A program made the position numbers and the translations under genes. A DNA stretch of 64,000 bases from IMG/VR virus record IMGVR_UViG_3300021425_000005; one strand, 5' to 3'. The stretch is from a virus. The notes under the pieces were generated by a model, which did not search any database, was not told where the DNA came from, and worked only from the letters and a program-made list of their open reading frames with translations. This document shows positions 56,679-64,000 of this stretch, one piece after another. Numbering within the stretch: the stretch's first letter is position 1; every line of letters begins with the position of its first letter.

Positions 56679-57374
56679 ATGGCTAGATCGACCGACTACT
56701 TTCACCCAGTGAAAAATCTACTTAGTATTGATGAGACACAGCACATAGTAAATACTTGGAATGATAAAAACCTTGTGCAGTTTTGGTGTAACTTCATGGC
56801 AAGAGCGTTTAGGGATGGTATAGATACTGGCGATAGTTCATATTTAAATTACCTGAAAAACTTTGGTATTGATATGAAGGATGATCAACTTATTGAGGCG
56901 TGGAAAGCATATAATGGAGAGACAGAAACTTCCCCGTTTGTTTTTTACAATACAATGAATTCGCCTGAAGTATTCGAAGCGATTGGGAATGATTTAATAG
57001 AAAAAATAATTGAACGATATGGTGCTGATGAAGTTTGTTTTATATATGGGAGAGACGTATCACAACCATATCACATACACAAAGATCCAGATTATGTGAG
57101 GTCTTGTAATATCAACATACCGTTATTCCCCAATTATGATCAATATAGATCGACTTATTTCTACAAGAGCAAAGAAAAGTCATCGAAGGTGTATGAAGTT
57201 GATTATAATAAAATACAAACACCAGTCTTATTGAATAATAAAAAATGGCATAATTGTGGTGGCAGTCCAAACTATAAAGGAAATAGTTTGGCTTTGCAGT
57301 TAGGTTATTATAGAAGATATCCAGAAGTTCGCGCGGAACTTAGTCAGAAAGGATTACTTTCCACCCCTGTCTAA
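56679..57374 (+). CDS. cupin/2OG-Fe(II) oxygenase-like hypothetical protein
   Basis: HIHKD...CNINIPL...T.FY...LLN...WHN; ATG 5 nt after the late promoter. Confidence 0.6.
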   Translation: MARSTDYFHPVKNLLSIDETQHIVNTWNDKNLVQFWCNFMARAFRDGIDTGDSSYLNYLKNFGIDMKDDQLIEAWKAYNGETETSPFVFYNTMNSPEVFEAIGNDLIEKIIERYGADEVCFIYGRDVSQPYHIHKDPDYVRSCNINIPLFPNYDQYRSTYFYKSKEKSSKVYEVDYNKIQTPVLLNNKKWHNCGGSPNYKGNSLALQLGYYRRYPEVRAELSQKGLLSTPV

Positions 57375-57797
57375 TTTTTTCTTGATAATTTCAATCTGAT
57401 CAGGAGTCAAGATACGGAGAGCCGAAGCTGCCTTTGTGTTATTATATCCGTAATACTCTTTGACCAGTTCTAATTGTTCTTCTTTCTCAGCCTTCAACCA
57501 TTTATTGAACCGCTTCTTGGGTCGCACAATACCGCGAAGGAAATCAAACTGTGCCTTCTTATCAATATGTGGGCGACTGTTCATTTCATTAGCAGCGATA
57601 ACTGTATCAGCACCATAGCTGAGTGCTTTGTTGACGATGAATGCATTATATTGTTTTTCTGACCAGTCATCGACAATTAAATTTTCTTTTGTATAGTTGA
57701 TGCTATTAGCGAAGTCAAATGGACTGATCGCTTTCTTCTTAACTTTAAATTGTTCCTCGTCAACCTTTACAACGGGATCGCCCATTCCCTCAAGCAT
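57354..57797 (-). CDS. 62: clamp loader small subunit gp62
   Basis: F.F.NSIN..K, Y..FIVNKALS, ANEMN, KKRF.KW.K, VKEYYGY...KA. Confidence 0.9.
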   Translation of the reverse strand: MLEGMGDPVVKVDEEQFKVKKKAISPFDFANSINYTKENLIVDDWSEKQYNAFIVNKALSYGADTVIAANEMNSRPHIDKKAQFDFLRGIVRPKKRFNKWLKAEKEEQLELVKEYYGYNNTKAASALRILTPDQIEIIKKKLDRGGK

Positions 57798-58593
57798 TAT
57801 TGTCACCATAATACAAAGCAATTCTATGCATTTCTCTTTCCTTGATATTCTCAAATGCCTCACGTTGATGTAATGTTAGCCACTGATCAGAAATGACAAC
57901 ATCACCATCGACCCAATCGTGATGATACATATGATATGGATCTAGTGCATGCTCAACGATAATTTCGTGCAATTCTTCAAATTTATCTTCATGTGTTGGT
58001 GAATGAGATATTTGTAGGAATGGGTAATACAATCCTTTTTGACCCTCAGAGTTTTCGCGGACAACATCAAACGCTGTCTCTGAAACTACATCATTGAAGA
58101 AAGATTTTTCAGAACCACCATTAACTTCAGCGACATGCTTAGTGTGGATCTTCATTGTTTCAAGTTCGGTTTGTATCTCTGCTGGCAGGGATTCATATAC
58201 CTTTACCATATTAATCCAGCTAGTCCTTGACCCCATCGAACCCTTGTTCGCATAAATCCAAACAATCGAATGTCGGTCAGGTTTTGTGACAGAATTAGCA
58301 TGCCACTCAAGCGTCTCTGGTTTGTGAAATAATCCTGGACGACCATCGTGACCAATCGCACCCGTGACACGAGTTACACCATCGGCAATCGATAGACTGC
58401 CCATGCGTTCTCGTTTCCAGTCATTATCCCAATGTGATTCGACTTCACCAATCATCTTACAGAATGTTAATTGTTCTTCTGGTGTAATATGTTGGTTTCT
58501 TATAACAACGATTAAATGTTCAGCAAGTGCCTCTGATACAATATCAGCTGTGTCTTGTGTTGGATTTTTTAGATCAACCCCTAAATTCAACAT
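57790..58593 (-). CDS. TauD/TfdA-family dioxygenase
   Basis: WHAN, H.W.DGD.VISDQ...LHQR, R.MHR. Confidence 0.75.
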   Translation of the reverse strand: MLNLGVDLKNPTQDTADIVSEALAEHLIVVIRNQHITPEEQLTFCKMIGEVESHWDNDWKRERMGSLSIADGVTRVTGAIGHDGRPGLFHKPETLEWHANSVTKPDRHSIVWIYANKGSMGSRTSWINMVKVYESLPAEIQTELETMKIHTKHVAEVNGGSEKSFFNDVVSETAFDVVRENSEGQKGLYYPFLQISHSPTHEDKFEELHEIIVEHALDPYHMYHHDWVDGDVVISDQWLTLHQREAFENIKEREMHRIALYYGDNNA

Positions 58594-59521
58594 TAGCCAT
58601 AATCTCAGTCAAACATGCAGTCAGATTAATTTCTTGGTCGGCGACGAATGCCGCCTTATATTGATAGTCTGCGATCAAAAGAACCAGTTGAGGAACTTGC
58701 GCCACTTTGTCTAAAAGGGTGTCATAGATTTTACGATACACACCTTGTGGGTCTGCATCAACATTATTGGCGACCCACTGACGCATCTTCTTCCAGTCTT
58801 TATCACGCAGACTATCAATAAGTGCTTTGGTATTTACTTCAGCAAGGTTAGAGAGAATCCCCTCGTCGATCTTACCAGAAACACTGTAGCGTTGCAGTTC
58901 ATTGAGGACACGGCGATAGTCAGGGAAGTGTTTCATCAAAAGTTCAGCAAGGACTTTTTCAGAATACTCAACACTCTCCCCATCTAGGATATTTGACATT
59001 CGCTTCATAAAGCGAGCCGCCATCTGTTGCCGTTCAGCCTTACCGAGTTTGAAATCAATCACAGTAGTTCGGCTGTGTAGTGGTTCAATAATCCTATTAC
59101 GGAAGTTACAGGTAAAGATGAACCGACAGTTCGAGGAGAACTCCTCAATGAATGCACGCAAGGCAGGTTGTGTCGAGTTAGGATTCAAATAATCTGCTTC
59201 GTCAAGGATAACTACTTTTGGCTTGCCCTCAAAGGACACAGTGCTGGCGAAGTCTTTAATCTTTGTCCGAAGAACATCGATACCAGACTCCTCAGAGCCG
59301 TTGATAATAATATAGTCACACCCTAATTCATTACACAACGCACGAGCGACCGTCGTCTTTCCCGTGCCAGCAGTGCCACAAAGAAGCAAGTTAGAAATCT
59401 CTCCACGATCCACGAACTGTTGGAATGTATCCAAGAGAGAGGAGGGTAAGATACACTCACTCAGTTTTTGTGGGCGGTATTTTTCAACCCAGAGAAATTC
59501 ATCTTGCTTATTCATAGTCAC
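58574..59521 (-). CDS. 44: clamp loader large subunit gp44
   Basis: WVEKYRP, GTAGTGKTT, DEAD, LHSR, FPDYRR. Confidence 0.95.
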   Translation of the reverse strand: MTMNKQDEFLWVEKYRPQKLSECILPSSLLDTFQQFVDRGEISNLLLCGTAGTGKTTVARALCNELGCDYIIINGSEESGIDVLRTKIKDFASTVSFEGKPKVVILDEADYLNPNSTQPALRAFIEEFSSNCRFIFTCNFRNRIIEPLHSRTTVIDFKLGKAERQQMAARFMKRMSNILDGESVEYSEKVLAELLMKHFPDYRRVLNELQRYSVSGKIDEGILSNLAEVNTKALIDSLRDKDWKKMRQWVANNVDADPQGVYRKIYDTLLDKVAQVPQLVLLIADYQYKAAFVADQEINLTACLTEIMANVEFRG

Positions 59522-59523
59522 TC

Positions 59524-60129
59524 CTAACCAATTTTATCTTCAGAACCAACGCCATCAGAAAGTTCAAGCGTTAAGTCTTCACCACCTGTATCATACTCTT
59601 CACCCTTCAAAAAGGCAAGAATATTCTGCGGCGATGATACACCATAAGGGTCATCATCAGCATTGTTGCGGAAACCACGCTCAATGAATGAATTGACAAT
59701 CTCATAGTTTTCTACGACAATAGCGTATCGCCATGACCTGATACCAAAACCAAGATTGTCTTTAGCAACATCCATACCCATAGCTGATGTGAACAGATTT
59801 GATCCATCAGGAATAACCTGCACATGATTCAAACCTTGGTCTTTTGCCCAGCAATTCATTACGAAGGCATCGTTTACTGAAATACAAAAGATGTTTTCAA
59901 CACCCAGTTCTTGAAACTCTGGAAAAAGTTTCTCAAAGTCTGGTAGTTGATATGTAGAGCAAGTTGGTGTAAATGCTCCAGGAAGTGAAAAGATAATGTT
60001 CTTTCCACGCCCAACGATTTCGTGTGTTGTTTTTTGTTCCCAGCGATATGGATTATCGCCCCCAATGCTTTCATCGCGCACACGAAGCTGATGAACAACA
60101 TTAGGAATACGGCGTGGCCATGGTGGCAT
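59524..60129 (-). CDS. peroxiredoxin (Prx5/redoxin type)
   Basis: LPGAFTPTCS, SVNDAFVM..W, GFG.RSWRY. Confidence 0.9.
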   Translation of the reverse strand: MPPWPRRIPNVVHQLRVRDESIGGDNPYRWEQKTTHEIVGRGKNIIFSLPGAFTPTCSTYQLPDFEKLFPEFQELGVENIFCISVNDAFVMNCWAKDQGLNHVQVIPDGSNLFTSAMGMDVAKDNLGFGIRSWRYAIVVENYEIVNSFIERGFRNNADDDPYGVSSPQNILAFLKGEEYDTGGEDLTLELSDGVGSEDKIG

Positions 60130-60139
60130 GATGCCCTCC

Positions 60140-60796
60140 TTAGATTGTTGAGTTAGGTTCGAGAGCCAACCAGTATTTCAGTTCGGCGGCTTTATTGTCA
60201 AGGAACATAAACTTCTTCTGTGACAGAACGACACGATAGTCGCCAGCAATTACTTTGAAGTTCTCAACAGCGAGGCGACAATCAAACTCTTTGTCAGTCT
60301 CACCGATTACTTGACGGAAAGTATTGCTACGAGGGGTTGACGGATCGCCAACAGACAGAGTTACTTTACCATCGCGACCAACGACACTCAATACAGGTGC
60401 ATTGATAACAGATGCAGCACGTGTAATATTCACGATCTCATCTTTGGTCAACTCAAACTCATAGAAGTTGTCAACCTCGATAGTGCGGTCAGGAGCAGCC
60501 ACGATAATTGATGGATCGGCATAGAAGTATTCAAACTCTGCACCACCGCTATTAATCTTCAGGCTCTCGTCACCCAAGTCGAGGTCAGGATTTTCGGTAA
60601 AGGTAAGCAGACCCAACAAACTGTTCAAGTCATAGATCGCAAATTCTTTATCGAAAGTTTCTCCCACAGTTGCGCGAGAGAAAATATTCTTACCATTACT
60701 AATAGTGGCAAGGGTGCTACCTTCACGAACTAGGATGTTCGTGTTGATAGTTGCGAAGTTCTTTAGAACCTCAAGGGTTGGTTTTGAAATATTCAT
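60140..60796 (-). CDS. 45: sliding clamp gp45
   Basis: LKNFATIN, FAIYDL..LL, EN.K...GDY.V, YWLALE. Confidence 0.93.
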   Translation of the reverse strand: MNISKPTLEVLKNFATINTNILVREGSTLATISNGKNIFSRATVGETFDKEFAIYDLNSLLGLLTFTENPDLDLGDESLKINSGGAEFEYFYADPSIIVAAPDRTIEVDNFYEFELTKDEIVNITRAASVINAPVLSVVGRDGKVTLSVGDPSTPRSNTFRQVIGETDKEFDCRLAVENFKVIAGDYRVVLSQKKFMFLDNKAAELKYWLALEPNSTI

Positions 60797-60827
60797 AATA
60801 TAGTCCTCTTTCTTTCACCAATAATCA

Positions 60828-60856
60828 TTTATACATCATAAGTTAGAAAATGTCAA
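60828..60856 (-). promoter_or_regulatory. sigma70-type promoter upstream of gene 45
   Basis: TTGACA-N17-TATAAA. Confidence 0.6.
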
Positions 60857-61185
60857 GCAGTATAGCCAATTATTTTAGTTTCCCACTCAATATTATTTTC
60901 TTCACACCAGAGACGGTATTCATCGTTATTAATTTGAAATGAAGTTTTTCCTTCAAGGATTTCTTTATATTTTTTATTGAAGGATTCTTCGTCTTTAAAC
61001 ATAAACCAAGTTGTGATTTCTAAACCATCAACTGAAAAATCAAAACCATAATCTAAGAGAATACCAATCTCTTTTGCTTCATTAAATTCATCAGTTAGAT
61101 CGGGCAATTTACTTGATTCTGAATTTGGATAAAACAAATCTCGGAGAGAAGATCTTTTTAATATGAATTCAACACGATATGCCAT
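60853..61185 (-). CDS. hypothetical protein
   Basis: 110-aa AT-rich ORF. Confidence 0.55.
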   Translation of the reverse strand: MAYRVEFILKRSSLRDLFYPNSESSKLPDLTDEFNEAKEIGILLDYGFDFSVDGLEITTWFMFKDEESFNKKYKEILEGKTSFQINNDEYRLWCEENNIEWETKIIGYTA

Positions 61186-61768
61186 TCAAATATTCCAATA
61201 CTTTATTATCATTTCCATTAATTATATGATATGAAACAAATTGTTTCGTAAATTTATATGTAACAGGATTTTCATAATTAACAAACTCTATTACTTTATC
61301 TTCACGTTTATATCGTTCAGGAGTTTTGTTTAAGTTTGTTATAACATTTCTTCCTGACAAATTATATGTATTAAAGAAGTTTATCCAGCTATCATATTTC
61401 TCAAAAATTACAGAATCATATAATTGATGAAAAAATTTAGTGTAATTTCTCACTCTTGTAAATTTATTAACCGTGTGATCAGCATACGCTCTTGACAACA
61501 CACATGCATTAATTTCTGGTATGTGTATTAAACCAGCACAACAGATTATTTCATCATCTTTCTCATAGATGTAGAATCCATTTTTGTCACCATCATAAAT
61601 TTTCTGTATGTATAATTGATGATACAATGTCTCAGGTCTTGTTTGCCAGTCAACTAATTCGACATTCCTTGCTGCAGGATGTGGATCGTTCTGCGCAGAT
61701 TGGCAGAACTTCATTAACTTATCACTTGTATAAGAACTGTCGACCCTAAAGAGCATCAAATTTTCCAT
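61169..61768 (-). CDS. hypothetical protein (possible GNAT-like fold)
   Basis: FYIYE...IICCAG...LSRAY pattern; weak. Confidence 0.45.
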   Translation of the reverse strand: MENLMLFRVDSSYTSDKLMKFCQSAQNDPHPAARNVELVDWQTRPETLYHQLYIQKIYDGDKNGFYIYEKDDEIICCAGLIHIPEINACVLSRAYADHTVNKFTRVRNYTKFFHQLYDSVIFEKYDSWINFFNTYNLSGRNVITNLNKTPERYKREDKVIEFVNYENPVTYKFTKQFVSYHIINGNDNKVLEYLNGISC

Positions 61769-62537
61769 AAAGTTTATCGCAAAAATCTTTTGCCCCCAAA
61801 CGAAGGGCGTTATGAAATTGTCCTAACTCTGTGTTGTCATAAACATAGATCGGCATATTTTCAACTACAACATATTCGAGTTCTTCGCGCTTTCTACAAA
61901 CAGCATTATGTAATGAATCTTCGGCTGCGAGCAACTCTTCATCAAATCTTATCGTAGCACCTTTCTTTGAGAACATAAATGGTCTATTCATTGGAACACC
62001 GCCAACTGTAAAGGCTTTTAAGTAATCAAATAACTTCATAATATCAGCTAGTTCATTGCGAGGAACTGACTTCCATATCTGTCGTAAAAAATGTCTAGAT
62101 TGCAACCATTCAGATGTTGTGATTTCACCTTCTGGGATTAAGACATTAGTTTCACCTAATGCTAAGACGTCAAACTCATGCGTCCCTATAAATTGGTCAA
62201 TTTCTTCTCTGGCATCAGGTGTTAGATAGTCATCACCATCAATAAGAACAAGATAGTCATGTTCAGTTTTTTGAAAATAATCTAACACAGAGTTTTTACC
62301 GCGCCCTGGAGTGCCATTAGATTCACTGATGTGGACAGGAAATTCATACTCGGTTGAAATAGTTTGAGCCAGAGAGGCAAAGTCGTTGTCTGTTGTATTA
62401 ATAACGACAATCCGCTCTTGAGGAGAGGAGTTAGAGTTCACGGATCGCAGACACCGCTTTAACTTCTCTGGCTTATCGCTGGTTAAAACAGCGAATAGGA
62501 TATTATTCTTCGAAACCGATTTCATCAATAAACTCAA
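61746..62537 (-). CDS. family 2 glycosyltransferase-like protein
   Basis: L.RCL.S, VVIN, SNGTPG.GKN, IDGDD (DxD), ED. Confidence 0.7.
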   Translation of the reverse strand: MSLLMKSVSKNNILFAVLTSDKPEKLKRCLRSVNSNSSPQERIVVINTTDNDFASLAQTISTEYEFPVHISESNGTPGRGKNSVLDYFQKTEHDYLVLIDGDDYLTPDAREEIDQFIGTHEFDVLALGETNVLIPEGEITTSEWLQSRHFLRQIWKSVPRNELADIMKLFDYLKAFTVGGVPMNRPFMFSKKGATIRFDEELLAAEDSLHNAVCRKREELEYVVVENMPIYVYDNTELGQFHNALRLGAKDFCDKLYGKFDAL

Positions 62538-62790
62538 TAATTTCTTTCATCTGTGAATATGATAAATGTATCGTATGTTCTTTCCAAACAGCATCGGAAG
62601 GATAATTTTCAGGGTCGTCATGACACCAGCGAGCCTGATCAATAAAGATGGTCGCTCGATCTTTATGCCATTTCAAAACTTCAACAAATACTTCTTCATG
62701 CTCATGAACCGCATGGCTCAAATGATCGACTGTCGGGGTGGCTGGTGGTCCAAGTGCCTTGCAGCCATCTATTTTCTTTGTGTATTTCAT
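62503..62790 (-). CDS. hypothetical protein
   Basis: 95-aa ORF coupled to its neighbours. Confidence 0.55.
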   Translation of the reverse strand: MKYTKKIDGCKALGPPATPTVDHLSHAVHEHEEVFVEVLKWHKDRATIFIDQARWCHDDPENYPSDAVWKEHTIHLSYSQMKEIIEFIDEIGFEE

Positions 62791-63158
62791 TCGCCATGCT
62801 CTAGGTCGTGCACATGTAGTGCGATCAACCCATAATGCAAAACTTTCATCAAGTCTTTGCGATTGTAACCATCCTTCTTACCATAGCGTTGAGCATACTT
62901 CATGATATTCCCGATACAGAAACCTTCACCATGCCCACCATCGATGATAAACTCAGTGGCTTGAAACTGATTCGTCGAATAATGCTCACCATATGTAGCA
63001 TCGACATATTTTTGAAGGTCAGCCAGAAGCTGACCCTCATTGTATTTGTAATTGATTTGATTATCATAGGACGTGGGTGTCCCATCAAACCCAGCAGGTA
63101 ATTTAGAAATCTTCTTTGACTTCATCATCTTCCTCATTATTAAGTTCAACACCAGCAT
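62787..63158 (-). CDS. DUF3310-like conserved phage protein
   Basis: TY..HY, GFC.GN.MKY.QRYGKK.G...DL.K..HY. Confidence 0.75.
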   Translation of the reverse strand: MLVLNLIMRKMMKSKKISKLPAGFDGTPTSYDNQINYKYNEGQLLADLQKYVDATYGEHYSTNQFQATEFIIDGGHGEGFCIGNIMKYAQRYGKKDGYNRKDLMKVLHYGLIALHVHDLEHGE

Positions 63159-63999
63159 CGACCTTAGTATATAGGTCTAAGAATGCTTGCCTTGTATCTT
63201 CATCAAAACGGTTTACACACAACTCGATTGCTTTCAACCGATCTTCAAACATAGCATACGCATTTACAATATGCTCGATCCGACGAGTGGAGACGAGATC
63301 CTCGATCGCACCCTCTTTGAAAGTCTTACGAATCACATCTGCCCAGCGGACAAGTTTCTCAGCGAAGTCTTCATCGACTTTACCAACTTTGTTCATCTTC
63401 CCGAGAACGATCTTCAACTCTTGAGCCTCAGTCGGATATTGCTGCTCAACAGTCACAGCGAAACGCTCGAGGAATGCCTCGTCGAGGATCTGGGCAGAGA
63501 TGAATTTACCATCATCCGAGCCACGACCTTTAGTGTTAGCAGTCGCGATTACATTAAAGCCAGCAGCAGGTGTGATCACCTCACCAGTCTTCTTGTTGAA
63601 GTATGGCTTGCCTTCGAGGATAGCCTGAAGACACATCAATTTATTAGAGCCACGATCCAACTCATCGAGAATCAGAACAGCACCACGCTTCATAGCGGTA
63701 AGGACTGGACCTTCACGATAGACCACATTGCCATCGACCAGTGTATTACCGCCGATCAAATCATCTTCGTCAGTCTCTACAGAGATATTGACACGGATAG
63801 CTTCGCGCTTCAGTTTAGCGCAAACCTGTTCAACCATCGTGGTCTTACCGTTACCTGATAAACCAGAGATGAAAGTCGGATAGAAAATACCAGACTTGAC
63901 AATCTTGACAAGGTCACGGTGGAAACCAAACGCGACATATGTCGCATCGACCACAGGGACAAGGTTATCAACTTCGACAGCCAACTTAGCTTGTGTCAC
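63103..63999 (-). CDS. cobS: CobS/MoxR-like AAA+ ATPase (5' end outside the window)
   Basis: GLSGNGKT, TDEDDLIGG, LDELD, ATANTKG.G, AFLERF, STRR. Confidence 0.88.
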   Translation of the reverse strand: MTQAKLAVEVDNLVPVVDATYVAFGFHRDLVKIVKSGIFYPTFISGLSGNGKTTMVEQVCAKLKREAIRVNISVETDEDDLIGGNTLVDGNVVYREGPVLTAMKRGAVLILDELDRGSNKLMCLQAILEGKPYFNKKTGEVITPAAGFNVIATANTKGRGSDDGKFISAQILDEAFLERFAVTVEQQYPTEAQELKIVLGKMNKVGKVDEDFAEKLVRWADVIRKTFKEGAIEDLVSTRRIEHIVNAYAMFEDRLKAIELCVNRFDEDTRQAFLDLYTKVDAGVELNNEEDDEVKEDF

Positions 64000-64000
64000 G

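Overview
This 64-kb window is part of a T4-like (Tevenvirinae/Kyanoviridae-type) myovirus genome, probably aquatic or marine with a Gram-negative host. Almost all genes lie on the minus strand. It carries the T4 replication core (gp45, gp44, gp62, regA, gp43, uvsX, gp41, gp61, rnh), nucleotide metabolism genes (nrdA, nrdB, glutaredoxin, thyX, dCMP deaminase, MazG-like), cobS, hsp20, a peroxiredoxin, five tRNAs, an M15 endolysin, holin-like genes, many small early ORFs behind sigma70-type promoters, and several TATAAATA late promoters. The main finding is a tightly coupled operon at 4519-8795: TET/JBP dioxygenase, class II glutamine amidotransferase, GNAT, amino acid:DNA transferase (aGPT-PPlase2), a small ORF and a P-loop 5hmU-DNA-kinase-like protein. 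It suggests post-replicative thymine hypermodification in which 5hmU is made on DNA rather than in the nucleotide pool. The dioxygenase ends in the same sliding-clamp-type motif (SLEDLF) as the DNA polymerase (TLEDLFS). Other observations: head-cargo polyproteins and enzymes with T4-like capsid-targeting and protease-cleavage signatures; a ROSE-like RNA thermometer before hsp20; apparently leaderless mRNAs, including gp43; a palindromic bidirectional late promoter; and more than 15 scattered tailoring enzymes (3 radical SAM paralogues, 2OG/TauD oxygenases, sulfotransferases, a desaturase, QueC-like). All family calls come from motif recognition by eye; no database searches were run.
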